The position numbers and the translations under genes are program-made. 64,000 nucleotides of DNA from assembly GCA_963782055.1 (NCBI GenBank), contig CAWAIF010000003.1:928001-992000 (forward strand), written 5' to 3'. The stretch comes from an uncultured delta proteobacterium (GTDB taxonomy: Bacteria; Myxococcota_A; Polyangia; Polyangiales; Polyangiaceae). Positions 10,175-19,574 of the stretch are shown piece by piece (the first letter of the stretch is position 1; each line of letters begins with the position of its first letter). A model generated the notes under the pieces. The model made no database searches. It was given only the letters and a program-made list of their open reading frames with translations, and was not told the DNA's origin.

Positions 10175-11425
10175 TCAGTGAATGAGCGGCGCGCACCGCA
10201 GCGCGCCCGCGAGCCAGAGGCAATCCGAGGTGCCGGAGCAGCAGTCCGCGCGTGCGCTGCACGCCGCGCCGTCCGGCACGCACGCGGTGGAGCACGCGAA
10301 GCCCTGCGACGCGGGCGGGCAGCGCCCGTCGCAGCAGTCGTGGGCGAAGGCGCAGGACGCGCCCTGCGAGGCGCACGACGCACCCGGCGTGCAGCGTCGC
10401 GCGCCGAGGCTCCCGGGGTCCGGCGTGCACTTGGCGGGGCCTCCTGCGGAGCAGCACTGCCCATCGGCGGAGCAGATCTCCCCGGCGCCGTCGCACGAGC
10501 TGGAGGGCTGACACCGCTTCACCCCTGCCGAGTCCGCCGCGCAGGCGCCGGAGCAGCAGTCCGCCCCGTCGGAGCACGGCTCGCACGCGGGGCGGCACCC
10601 GCCGATGGGCGCGCAGCGCCTCGTGCCGTCGCCCGTCGGAACGCACCGCCGCGAGCAGCAGTCGCCGTCCCCCTTGCACACGTCGTCCACCACGCGCGAG
10701 CACGGCTTGCCGTCCCCGGCGGTGCAAGCCGCCGACCCGTTGCAGTGGCCCACGCCGTGCGAGTCCTTCGTGCAGTCGCTCGAGCAGCAGTCGGCGGGCG
10801 CGGTGCACACCTCGCCCGTGGCGCGGCACCCCTGCAGCAGCACGCAGCGAAGCTGCTCGTCGCTCGCCGTCGCGCAGACGCCGCCGCAGCACTCCGGGTC
10901 GCCCTTGCAGAGCTCGCCCGCCGGAGAGCAGGTCGCGGAGGTCTTGGCGCACTTGCCCGCCTGGCAGTCGCCGGAGCAGCAGTCCTCGCCGCCGGCGCAC
11001 GACTCGCCCGACGACGCGCAGAGCGGCGACTCGGCGCACGCGCGGGCGGGGGGACCGGCGTCGGTCGGCGCGCACCCGAGCGAGCAGCACGCCCCGGCGA
11101 AGCCGCAGGCGGTCCCGACGCCGAGACACCCCGTCGTGGGACGGCAGGTAAGGCGCGCGGTGGTGTCGAGGCCGCAGAGGCCGGAGCAGCACTCCTGCGA
11201 GGCGGTGCACGAGGCACCCTGCGCCGACAGCGCGCACCCGGAGTCCGGGGAGGCGTCCGCACCGCCCTCGACGGGCGCCGCCGGCGCGTCGGCCGACCCG
11301 TCCTGCGGGGCGGGGGAGAGCACCTCCAGCGACGAGGGCTCGCAGGCGCCGACGAGGGCGATGGTCAGGACGCTGCACCACAGCAAGGTACCGCGCCACC
11401 CGGCGAGAGTGTCACGTCCCTTCAA
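10175..11425 (-). CDS. Cys-rich repeat lipoprotein (C-x5-CCSG-x-C repeats)
   Basis: About ten CCS/CCG modules and an LVGAC lipobox. TTG start overlaps the upstream stop (TTGA), so the start is uncertain. Confidence 0.75.
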   Translation of the reverse strand: MKGRDTLAGWRGTLLWCSVLTIALVGACEPSSLEVLSPAPQDGSADAPAAPVEGGADASPDSGCALSAQGASCTASQECCSGLCGLDTTARLTCRPTTGCLGVGTACGFAGACCSLGCAPTDAGPPARACAESPLCASSGESCAGGEDCCSGDCQAGKCAKTSATCSPAGELCKGDPECCGGVCATASDEQLRCVLLQGCRATGEVCTAPADCCSSDCTKDSHGVGHCNGSAACTAGDGKPCSRVVDDVCKGDGDCCSRRCVPTGDGTRRCAPIGGCRPACEPCSDGADCCSGACAADSAGVKRCQPSSSCDGAGEICSADGQCCSAGGPAKCTPDPGSLGARRCTPGASCASQGASCAFAHDCCDGRCPPASQGFACSTACVPDGAACSARADCCSGTSDCLWLAGALRCAPLIH

Positions 11426-12429
11426 AAGGTCCCCCAGAGGCCGAGCGACGCGGCGAGACCCGCGTCGGCGATGCCGCCGATGTAGGCGGCCCCGTCGGTG
11501 ATGCGGACGGGATGGAGGGGCAGCGCCGCCTCGGCTTCGGCCACGAGCCGCAGGTCGGACCCGAGCCGCAGCCAGCCGCCCAGCCCTCCATCCAGCAGGA
11601 CCGCGACGTCGCCGCGCGAGTAGCCCGTCGCCCCGGCGAGGGCCGTCCCGGAGTACTGGACCGCCAGCAGGGCGAGATGGGCCTGCAAATCCAGGCCGGC
11701 GCGCAGGGTCGGCGGCGTGAGCGTCAGGGCGGCGCCGAGCTTGCCGGCGAAGGCCTGCGCGGCCACGTCCCCGTCCGGCGCGTGGAGGGTCGCGGCTCCT
11801 CGCAGCCCGATCCGGGCGTCCAGCGCCAGGCGCGGCACCACCCACAGCCGCGCGTCGGCGTCGGCGCCGAGCAAGGTCGTGCCGGCGCCGAAGGCGTCGA
11901 CGGCGAAGGCGGCGCCGAGCGCCGCGCGTGGCGTGGTCGGTCGCCCGAGCGACGCATCCACCGAGCGACGTATCTCGACGGGGACCGGCCTGGCTGGCGG
12001 CGGCGCGGTGCGCAGCGCCAGCTCCGCCCAGCTCGCGCGGAGCAGCTCGTCCGCCGCGAGCGCGATGGTGAGGGGCCGGCCGTCGGGCGGCACGGTGTCC
12101 AGGGCGACGTCGCGTCGCACCGACTTGGCCGTCACCGCGTCGTGCACCTCCACGTTCACCAGCGCCGCCGTCTCGCCCACGCGCACGTCGACCGTCGCGA
12201 TCGCGGGCGTCGCGCCCGGCTGGGCGTCCTCGCAGAGCGCGATGTGCCGCGACGCGAGCTCGGCGCGCAGCAACCCGAGCACCTTCGCCGAGTCACTCTG
12301 CGCTCGCCCCTGCACCACCAGCCGCACCCACGGTGCTCCCGGCGGCGGGCACGCATCGTCCGCGGCGCACGGCGCGGCGTGAGCGATCCCCACGAGCAAC
12401 GCGGCGATGCCCGCGCGTCTCGCCGTCAT
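11422..12429 (-). CDS. exported, probably outer-membrane protein of the ECF cassette
   Basis: Signal peptide, amphipathic C-terminal strands ending in F, and ATGA coupling to the fecR-like gene. Confidence 0.65.
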   Translation of the reverse strand: MTARRAGIAALLVGIAHAAPCAADDACPPPGAPWVRLVVQGRAQSDSAKVLGLLRAELASRHIALCEDAQPGATPAIATVDVRVGETAALVNVEVHDAVTAKSVRRDVALDTVPPDGRPLTIALAADELLRASWAELALRTAPPPARPVPVEIRRSVDASLGRPTTPRAALGAAFAVDAFGAGTTLLGADADARLWVVPRLALDARIGLRGAATLHAPDGDVAAQAFAGKLGAALTLTPPTLRAGLDLQAHLALLAVQYSGTALAGATGYSRGDVAVLLDGGLGGWLRLGSDLRLVAEAEAALPLHPVRITDGAAYIGGIADAGLAASLGLWGTF

Positions 12430-13472
12430 GGCGCGCAGCGGGCACCCACCTCCGCCGCGTGGACGCCCGACGGGTAGCGCGAGAGGTAGTTGTCCCGCGC
12501 CTCCGAGCAGCGCGGGTCGTGGGTGCGGTCGAGCGCCTGCACCCTGCGCGCCTCCGCGTCCTCCCGGAAGGGCGCCGCAGGCGAGAGGGCGATCGCGTCG
12601 TCGAAGGCCTCCACGGCGCCGCGCGGGTCGCCGAGGGCATCCAGTCGCAGCCGTCCGAGCTCGAAGGCCGCGAGCCCGGCGCGCGCATCGTGACGGTGGT
12701 GCTTGCGCAGGGTGTCCAGCGCGGCCGCCGCCTCGGCAGGTCGGTTCGCCATGCGCGCGGTGTCGGCCTTCTGGAGGAGGGCCTTCGCGCTCGGCACCGA
12801 GGCGCGCGGCGCGACGGTGGGCACCGGCGCCTCGCTCGCGGTGGCGCTCGTCGTCGCGCTCTCGCGCGGCGCGGTCGCGGCGGGCACCGGTGAAGGCACC
12901 GAGCTCCAGGACTCCCCACCCACCACCAGGCGCACCGGGAGCACGCCACGCCGGTCGCGCACCTCCACGCGCCCCAGCGCGACCTCCACGCGGACGGACT
13001 CCGGCCCCGGCGCCGGCGCGTACGCCACGGTGAACTCCGTCCCCACGTCCACCACGTCGAACCGTCCGGCGTGCACGACGAAGGGGCGGCCGGGTACGTG
13101 GGTCACCGTGAGGTGGGCCTCTCCCCGCTCCAGCGTGACCTCCACCCCACCCTCGTCGAAGCGCTCCAGCCGCACCTTCGCGCCCGCACCCAGCGTGATG
13201 TGCGAGCCGTCGGCGAGCGTCATGGCCCCGTCGCGATCGTACTCCACCGCGTGCGCCGCGGCGGCCGGCGGCGCCGGCGCGCGGTGCAGAGGAACGACCG
13301 CGACGACGCCGGCCGCCGCCACCGCGGCCGCCAGCCCCACCGCCGGCCATCGCCATCGCCAGGGAGGGCGCGCGCCGCGCGCGTCCACGCCGTTCCATAG
13401 CCGCTCGACGCGCGCGGAGTCGACGCGGGTGGGGACGAAGCGCTCGAGCTTCCGGGGATCCGAGAGAGTCAT
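12426..13472 (-). CDS. FecR-domain anti-sigma factor with C-terminal TPR-like region
   Basis: TM helix, LADGSHITL...LERGEA...VVDVGTEFTV FecR motif, and C-terminal YLSRYPSG. Confidence 0.85.
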   Translation of the reverse strand: MTLSDPRKLERFVPTRVDSARVERLWNGVDARGARPPWRWRWPAVGLAAAVAAAGVVAVVPLHRAPAPPAAAAHAVEYDRDGAMTLADGSHITLGAGAKVRLERFDEGGVEVTLERGEAHLTVTHVPGRPFVVHAGRFDVVDVGTEFTVAYAPAPGPESVRVEVALGRVEVRDRRGVLPVRLVVGGESWSSVPSPVPAATAPRESATTSATASEAPVPTVAPRASVPSAKALLQKADTARMANRPAEAAAALDTLRKHHRHDARAGLAAFELGRLRLDALGDPRGAVEAFDDAIALSPAAPFREDAEARRVQALDRTHDPRCSEARDNYLSRYPSGVHAAEVGARCAP

Positions 13473-14077
13473 GGCTTCCTCCGGGGGGAAGGTTCTTCCA
13501 GGGCGGCGGCGAGCAGGGTGTCCGCCTGCGCGGCGAGGCGCTTGGCGGTGGAGAGCGAGACGCGGAGCATGGCGGCGACCTCCTCGTGACCGAGACCGTC
13601 CACGCGGCGGAGCACGAGCACCATCCGCACCCTCGCCGGGAGCCGCTCGATCAGCCCGTAGACGCCGACGAGCTCGGCGCGGACGTCGGGCGGCGCGTCG
13701 CGCCCGACGAGCGCCTCGACGTCCAGGGCGTCGCGCTGCCTGCCGAGGCCGAAGCGGCGCATCAGCGCGCGCCTGCGCAGCATCTTGTGCGACGTGCGCA
13801 CCACGATCCGCTTGATCCAGAGCGCGAAGGCCTGCGGATCGTCCAGTCGTTGCAGCGACGCGAGCGCCTGGGCGAAGGCCTCCTGCGCGAGATCGTCCGC
13901 CTCGTCGTCGCGCCCCAGCAACCGATGGGCGAGCCCGATGACCGTGCTCGCGTAGCGGCGGCAAAGCGCCTCGCGCGCCCACGCCTCCCCGGCGCGCGCG
14001 GCGACCACCAGCGCGGCGTCGGAGGGGCCCGCCCCGCTGCGGGTGGGGGAGTCGGAGGGGGTGGGAAGGGCACCCAT
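13469..14077 (-). CDS. ECF RNA polymerase sigma factor
   Basis: DAALVVAARAGE, ADDLAQEAF, FALWIKRI, and region 4 GLGHEEVAAMLRVSLSTAKR. Alternative start at 14128. Confidence 0.9.
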   Translation of the reverse strand: MGALPTPSDSPTRSGAGPSDAALVVAARAGEAWAREALCRRYASTVIGLAHRLLGRDDEADDLAQEAFAQALASLQRLDDPQAFALWIKRIVVRTSHKMLRRRALMRRFGLGRQRDALDVEALVGRDAPPDVRAELVGVYGLIERLPARVRMVLVLRRVDGLGHEEVAAMLRVSLSTAKRLAAQADTLLAAALEEPSPRRKP

Positions 14078-14111
14078 CGTCTCCAAGGTACCGCGAGTCC
14101 CGCCTGGCGGC

Positions 14112-15392
14112 TCAGCGTCCGGGGGCATCTTCGCGCGATCCCGCGGCGCCCTCGAGCGCCCGAGGCAGTCGGACCACGAAGGTGGACCCGCCGCCCACGC
14201 GGTGCTCGACGGTCACGGTGCCGTCGGCCTGCTCGACGATGCGCTGGACCGTGGCCAGGCCCATGCCGGTGCCCTGGCCGTCGCTCTTGTGGCTGTAGAA
14301 GGGCTCGAAGATCCGGTCCCTCTCGTCCTCCGGGATGCCCGGGCCCTCGTCGGATACGCTCAGCGCGACGAAGGGCACGCGGTCCACGTCGCGCGGGCCG
14401 ATCTCGATGGCCACCGTGCCCCCCGCGGGGGTGACGTCGCGGGCGTTGAGCGCCAGGTTGAGCAGCACCTGCTCCAGCTGGCTGCGGTCCACCCGCACCG
14501 GCAACGGCTCGTCCGACACGGTGATCGTCACGTGCGCCCCGTCGTGCGAGAGCGTCTCGAGCACCGGCGTCATCGCGCGGAGCACCTCCCCCGCGTCGAC
14601 GATCACGCCCTGGTCCGGCTGGTGCCGGGCGAACGCCATGAGCTGCGCGATGAGCCGCTTGCCGACCTCCGAGACCTGCAGCAGCCCCTCCGCCTGCTCG
14701 CGCAGCTCCGGCGTCACCGTCTCGGCATGGCGGAAGAGATCCGCCGTGAGCATGGCCGCCGCCAGCACGCCGTTGAAGTCGTGGGCGACGCCGGCGGCGA
14801 GGCGGCCGAGCGCCTCCATGCGGTCGGCGCGCGCACGCCGGGCCTGCTCGGCGCGCAGGTTCTCCTCGGCGGCGAGCCGGCCCGCCTGCTCGAAGAGCGC
14901 GGTCAGCATGTCGGAGACCGATCCCGCGAACTCCATGTCGCGCTCCGACCACTCCCGCTTCGACCCGACGTGCTCGTGGCACACGACCCCTGCCACGCGG
15001 CCGCTGCGGTACAGCGGCGCGTCCAGCATGCTCGTGATGCCGTGCGGCACGAGGTAGTGCTCCTCGAGCTCGCGCGTGCGCGCGTCCACGTGGACGTCGG
15101 CGGCCGCCACGAACTTCCGCGAGTGCAGCGCGGCGAGGTAGCGCGGCCAGCGCGTGACGTCGAGGACCTGCCCCGCGGTGAGCGACTCGGTGCGCGCGTC
15201 GTAGAGCGCCAGGCACCGCAGCGTGGTCTCGTCGCTGTCGAAGAGCCACACGCTGACGCGCGCGACCTCCAGCGTCTGCGAGCTCACCACCACTGCGCGC
15301 TCCACGGCGCGCATCAGCTCACCGGAGGCGGCGAGGCCCGTGCGTGCGAGGACGAGGCGGCTGGCCTCGAAGGTGGTCGGCGTCTCCCCCAT
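14112..15392 (-). CDS. GAF-sensor histidine kinase
   Basis: GAF region (SMLDAPL, VVCHEH), H-box AGVAHDFN, N-box NLALNARD, and DEGPGI/GTGMGL G-boxes. Confidence 0.92.
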   Translation of the reverse strand: MGETPTTFEASRLVLARTGLAASGELMRAVERAVVVSSQTLEVARVSVWLFDSDETTLRCLALYDARTESLTAGQVLDVTRWPRYLAALHSRKFVAAADVHVDARTRELEEHYLVPHGITSMLDAPLYRSGRVAGVVCHEHVGSKREWSERDMEFAGSVSDMLTALFEQAGRLAAEENLRAEQARRARADRMEALGRLAAGVAHDFNGVLAAAMLTADLFRHAETVTPELREQAEGLLQVSEVGKRLIAQLMAFARHQPDQGVIVDAGEVLRAMTPVLETLSHDGAHVTITVSDEPLPVRVDRSQLEQVLLNLALNARDVTPAGGTVAIEIGPRDVDRVPFVALSVSDEGPGIPEDERDRIFEPFYSHKSDGQGTGMGLATVQRIVEQADGTVTVEHRVGGGSTFVVRLPRALEGAAGSREDAPGR

Positions 15393-16923
15393 GCTCCGAG
15401 CGTAGCCCGAGATGGCGGCGCTCGCTCAGCCGGAATCCGGCGGGTGGCTCCGGCGGTGGCTCCGCTTGCCCCAGTGGAAACAGACCGAGCGATTGGAGGC
15501 GAAGGTCGATGGGCTTCTCCTCCAGGGCCTTCTCCAGCGCCTCTGCCTGGACCGGCTCCCACGGCTTGGCCTCGAGCAGCGAGGTCTCCAGCGGCACGAA
15601 GGCGGTCTCGCTCACCGCGACCGAGTGGGCCTCCGGCGTGACGAAGAGCACCTGACCGGTCGGCGCACCGAGCGCGCGAAAGAGCACCTCCGGCGCGACG
15701 GCGGGGGTGACCTCGTAGCCCGCAGGGATGTAGAGCCCCGGGTGAAGCTCCACAAAAAAAGTGCCGAGGGGGATGGCCTCGATGCCCGTCGGTGATCGCA
15801 GGAAGGCCCCGCGCGAGGTGAGCGCGATGGTGGTCCGGTCCACCGTCTGCCGCGGCAGGGAGTACGCGAGGCGTCGCAGCAGCGGCACCTCCTCCGGACG
15901 GAGCCACGTGGCGGTGACGTTCTTCCAGGGCGCGCCGGAGGGCATGACCCGCAGCGGGACGCGCACCGGCTCCGGCTTGTGCGAGTCGGAGGCGATGGCC
16001 TCCCCGCCTTCCTCGGCGCGCAGCTCGACGCGCGCGAAGGCGCGCAGGTCGCCCAGCATGGGCATCTTGTCGAGCACCCAGGGCTCGTCGCCGCGACCGC
16101 GGATGAGCACCAGGCCGCCGGGGTCGAACACCGGGCACGCGCGCAGCATCACCGGGTGGCGGTAGCCGATCTCCACCGCCACGCCCGGACCGGCGGGGAG
16201 GAAGGTCGTCAGGCCGGGCGTCGCGCCCATGAGCGGGCGCATGCGCGGCGGCAGCTCCGGCACGCGCATGACGTAGCGTCGCACCGGGCCCTCGTCGAAG
16301 GCGCTCGCCGGCGGCCACTCGCCCACCGCCACCTCGCCGTCCACGCGCGAGCGCACGAAGTAGTGGATGAGCGCCGGCCCCAGGCCCTGCTCGGCGACGA
16401 TGAAGCGCGTGCCGTTCTCGTCGGCCGTGGATGGGTCCACGTGCGGCATCAGGCGCAGCAGCAGCGCGCGCAGGTCGATGGGCTTGTCCACGTCGTAGGC
16501 CTGCGTGAACTTGTCGTGGTAGAGGACGACCGACGCCTCGCTCGGCAGGAGCTGCTGCGCGTCGTAGCCGAAGGGGGCGCCTGCGTCGCGGTACTGCACG
16601 AAGTGGCGGCTCGTGCCGGTGAAGGTGAAGCCGCCGACGAGGCGTGCCGTCTCCGCCATGCGGTCCATGCGATCGCTCGACTCCGCCGCGAAGGACAGGA
16701 GCAGCTCGCGCGTGCCCAGCTTGCTGCGCAGCACCTGGATCTCCAGGCTGGGCATCAGGTCCTCCAGCGAGTGCTCGCGCGTGTACACGCTGAGCAGCGC
16801 GACGAGCCTGTCGATGGAGGGCAAGAGGATGGTGCCCTTCGCGCCGAGCGCCACGCCCTTGCCGTCCAGGCCGAGGCCCGGCGTGCGCAGTCGGGTCTGG
16901 TGGAGGGCGATGCGGTCGAGCAC
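15319..16923 (-). CDS. conserved hypothetical protein (possibly related to FtsH ternary-system X7 domain)
   Basis: 534-aa ORF with strong GC3 coding bias and the motif RHFVQYRDAGAPFGYD. The family link is a tentative recollection. The 3' end overlaps the kinase by 74 bp. Confidence 0.7.
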   Translation of the reverse strand: MLDRIALHQTRLRTPGLGLDGKGVALGAKGTILLPSIDRLVALLSVYTREHSLEDLMPSLEIQVLRSKLGTRELLLSFAAESSDRMDRMAETARLVGGFTFTGTSRHFVQYRDAGAPFGYDAQQLLPSEASVVLYHDKFTQAYDVDKPIDLRALLLRLMPHVDPSTADENGTRFIVAEQGLGPALIHYFVRSRVDGEVAVGEWPPASAFDEGPVRRYVMRVPELPPRMRPLMGATPGLTTFLPAGPGVAVEIGYRHPVMLRACPVFDPGGLVLIRGRGDEPWVLDKMPMLGDLRAFARVELRAEEGGEAIASDSHKPEPVRVPLRVMPSGAPWKNVTATWLRPEEVPLLRRLAYSLPRQTVDRTTIALTSRGAFLRSPTGIEAIPLGTFFVELHPGLYIPAGYEVTPAVAPEVLFRALGAPTGQVLFVTPEAHSVAVSETAFVPLETSLLEAKPWEPVQAEALEKALEEKPIDLRLQSLGLFPLGQAEPPPEPPAGFRLSERRHLGLRSEHGGDADHLRGQPPRPRTHGPRRLR

Positions 16924-16935
16924 GGGAGAGCAAGC

Positions 16936-17673
16936 CTACCAAGCCCCGAGGAGCACGGCGACCGCCCCGAGCACCGCCGCGGGGACCGTCTCGGTGCGGA
17001 GCACCGGCGCGTCGATCGCGCAGGCGCGGAAGCCGTGCGCCTCGGCCGTCCGGAGCTCGTCGTCGGAGAGTCCCCCCTCCGGTCCAGCGGCGAACACGAG
17101 CGCCTCGTCCGCAGACGCGCCGCGCAGCACCTCGCCGAGGCGCGCCTGCGCGGTGGGGTGGAGGCACACGCGCACCCCCTCCGGCGCGCGCCCCAGCGCG
17201 CCCTCCCACGACGCGGCGAGCGCGATCCGCGGCGCCTCCTCCCGGCCGCACTGCCGCGCCGCCTCCGCCGCCACCTTCTCCCAGCGGCGCAGGCGCGCGG
17301 CACCGCGCTCGCCCGCCAGGCGCGTCACGCTCCGCTCGGCGGGCGCGAAGACGATGTCCGTCGCCCCGAGCTCGGTCGCGTCGCGCGTGATGGCGTCGCT
17401 CTTGTCGCCGCGGGGCAGCCCGTGGATCCACACCACGGCGCGCCGGGCGCCGCGCCTGGCCGCGCGCGGAGGTCCGACACGCACCGTCGCGCGCCCGCTC
17501 GCGACGCGCTCGATGGTCGCGTCGGCGGCGACGCCCGCCCGGCCGTCGAAGAGCAGGAGCGCGTCGCCCGCGCGCCGCCGGTGCACGCTCACCACGTACC
17601 GCGAGGCCTCCTCCGGCAGCGTGACCAGGCCTTCGGCGATCGGCGAGAGCGGGACCCGCAGCGGTCCCTTCAT
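16936..17673 (-). CDS. rsmE: 16S rRNA m3U1498 methyltransferase
   Basis: ATELG, EAARQCGR, GPEGGLS and LRTETV motifs. Lies immediately after prmA. Confidence 0.92.
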   Translation of the reverse strand: MKGPLRVPLSPIAEGLVTLPEEASRYVVSVHRRRAGDALLLFDGRAGVAADATIERVASGRATVRVGPPRAARRGARRAVVWIHGLPRGDKSDAITRDATELGATDIVFAPAERSVTRLAGERGAARLRRWEKVAAEAARQCGREEAPRIALAASWEGALGRAPEGVRVCLHPTAQARLGEVLRGASADEALVFAAGPEGGLSDDELRTAEAHGFRACAIDAPVLRTETVPAAVLGAVAVLLGAW

Positions 17674-18538
17674 GCGCGCGCGCGATACGCGAGGCCGATC
17701 CACTCCCCGTGCTCGATCGCGCGGACGGGCAGCCCGAAGGCCGCGATGACGTCCTCGCGACGCGAAGAGAGGATCCCCGAGAGGACCATGAGCCCGCCGG
17801 GGGCGAGGCGCTTGGAGAGGTCCTTCTTCAATCCGATGAGCGCATCGGCCTCGATGTTGGCCACCACGACCTGGAACTGGTCCGCCACGCGCTTGAGCGG
17901 CGTCGTCTCGAAGCGTGTCTTGCGCTGCATCCTGTTGCGCGCGGCGTTCTGCCGGGCGACCTCGATGGCGTCGGCGTCCACGTCGATACCGAGGGCGTCC
18001 TTGCCGCCGAGCGCCAGCCCCACCAGCGAGAGGATCCCGCTGCCGGTGCCCACGTCCAGGATGTGCGCGCCCTTCAGGTCGGCCGGCTGCGAGGCCAGGA
18101 TGCGCGCCACCAGCGCGGTCGTCTCGTGCAGGCCGGTGCCGAAGGCGCGGCCGGGCTCCAGCTCCAGCACGTGATCGCCGTCGGGGGGGAGAGCTTCTCC
18201 CACGGCGGGCGGATCCACAGACCCGGGCACAGGCGGAAGGGACGGAAGTGCTCCTTCCACGCGTCGCGCCACTCGTCGCCCACCAGCTCCTCGATGCGGC
18301 CGCCCACCGACTTGGGGAGCTGCGCCAGCGCCTGCTTCGCCAGCTCCTCGGTCGGGAAGCTCCCGACGACGGTGACGCGGCCCGTCTTGCCGCGGACCAG
18401 CGTCGTCTCGTCGCGTACCTCCACGCCCTGGGCGCCGACGTCGAAGAAGCGCACGCCGAAGTCCTCGGCGCGCTCGGGCGGCACGTCGGCCGCGACGAAG
18501 TAATAGCGTGGAGTCTTCTTGGCCGCCCTCGTCGTCAC
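17670..18538 (-). pseudogene. prmA: ribosomal protein L11 methyltransferase, frameshifted at G7 run 18183-18189 (probably an assembly error)
   Basis: The N-part (W-x3-WKEHFRP...IRPPWE) and C-part (LEPGRAFGTGLHETT, LDVGTGSGILS, VVANI) are in different frames. One extra base restores the frame. Confidence 0.88.
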
Positions 18539-19422
18539 TCGCCCACGCCCACGCTCACCGTCGCGTTGTTGTTGCCGCCGCCGAAGGTGCCGGTGGCGAA
18601 GAGGACCGCGATGACGCCGCCGGCGACCGCGAGCACGCCGGCGCCGACGCCCAGGCCGATGAGCCAGCCCTTGCTGGGCTCGGGGACGGCGACGCGGAGG
18701 GGCGCGGCGGCGTCGCCGCGCGACGCGATGGGCAGCCCGCCCTTGTCGAAGCCCTGGAAGTAGTACTCCACGAGCGGCGGCTTCACGACGGTGTGCGGGA
18801 TGGTGGCGCGACCGGTGCTGTCGGCGATGGGCGTCTCCAGCTCGCTGAACTTGCCCTTCGACCCGGTGCGGTAGAAGAGCTTCACGTCCTGCACCCGGCC
18901 CTGCGGATCCTCCAGCTTGATGGTGAGCGGGATGTCGGTGTCCGGCTTGACCTGCGACGGCGAGCGGTGCTGGATGTCGACCGGCGCCTGCGTCGGCGCC
19001 GCCCCCGCCGTCACCAGACCGGGGCGGCCCTCCGCCTCCCACTTCTTCTGCACCTCGGAGAAGAAGTCGCGGAAGCGCGGCGACTCGCTCGCCGGCAGCG
19101 AGTACTCCGGCTCCAGCGAGAGCAGGCCGCGCACGGCGCTCTCCGCCTCTTCCTTGTGGTTGAGGGTGATGTAGTTGAGCGCCAGCAGCCGGTAGATCTC
19201 GATCTTCTGGTCCTTGGTGTTGTTGGGGCGGACCAGGGCGGCGCTCAGGGTCTGGATCGACTCCTCGTACTGCTGGTCGTCGAACAGGGAGCGGCCGTGG
19301 GCGATGAGATCCTGCTGCTTGGCGGCCTGGGCGAAGGCGGGCACCGCGACGGTGAACGCCGCGGAGTGAACCGCGGCGGCGAGGGCGACGGGGGCCACCC
19401 AGCGGACGAAGCGTCCAGTCAT
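18535..19422 (-). CDS. exported TPR-like protein with C-terminal membrane anchor
   Basis: Signal peptide, helical TPR-like N-domain, Ig-like segment and a C-terminal hydrophobic helix. Confidence 0.75.
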   Translation of the reverse strand: MTGRFVRWVAPVALAAAVHSAAFTVAVPAFAQAAKQQDLIAHGRSLFDDQQYEESIQTLSAALVRPNNTKDQKIEIYRLLALNYITLNHKEEAESAVRGLLSLEPEYSLPASESPRFRDFFSEVQKKWEAEGRPGLVTAGAAPTQAPVDIQHRSPSQVKPDTDIPLTIKLEDPQGRVQDVKLFYRTGSKGKFSELETPIADSTGRATIPHTVVKPPLVEYYFQGFDKGGLPIASRGDAAAPLRVAVPEPSKGWLIGLGVGAGVLAVAGGVIAVLFATGTFGGGNNNATVSVGVGE

Positions 19423-19574
19423 GAAACCCAGGGTACTTGAGGCGGCTCGTGTGCGATAGATCGTGATGCTGGGGTGGCCGCGAGCCCTGAAATTCCCGCC
19501 TCCACGCGGCCCCCAGCGGGATGTAGGTACTTGGCCCACCCCGGCGGTTGGGCGTATTGTCGCGATGGGTTCCG

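Noticed and set aside
15319..15430. A third frameshift explaining the 74-bp overlap with the kinase
   Set aside because: An out-of-frame TGA at 15426-15428 is suggestive, but there is no homopolymer or homology evidence available.
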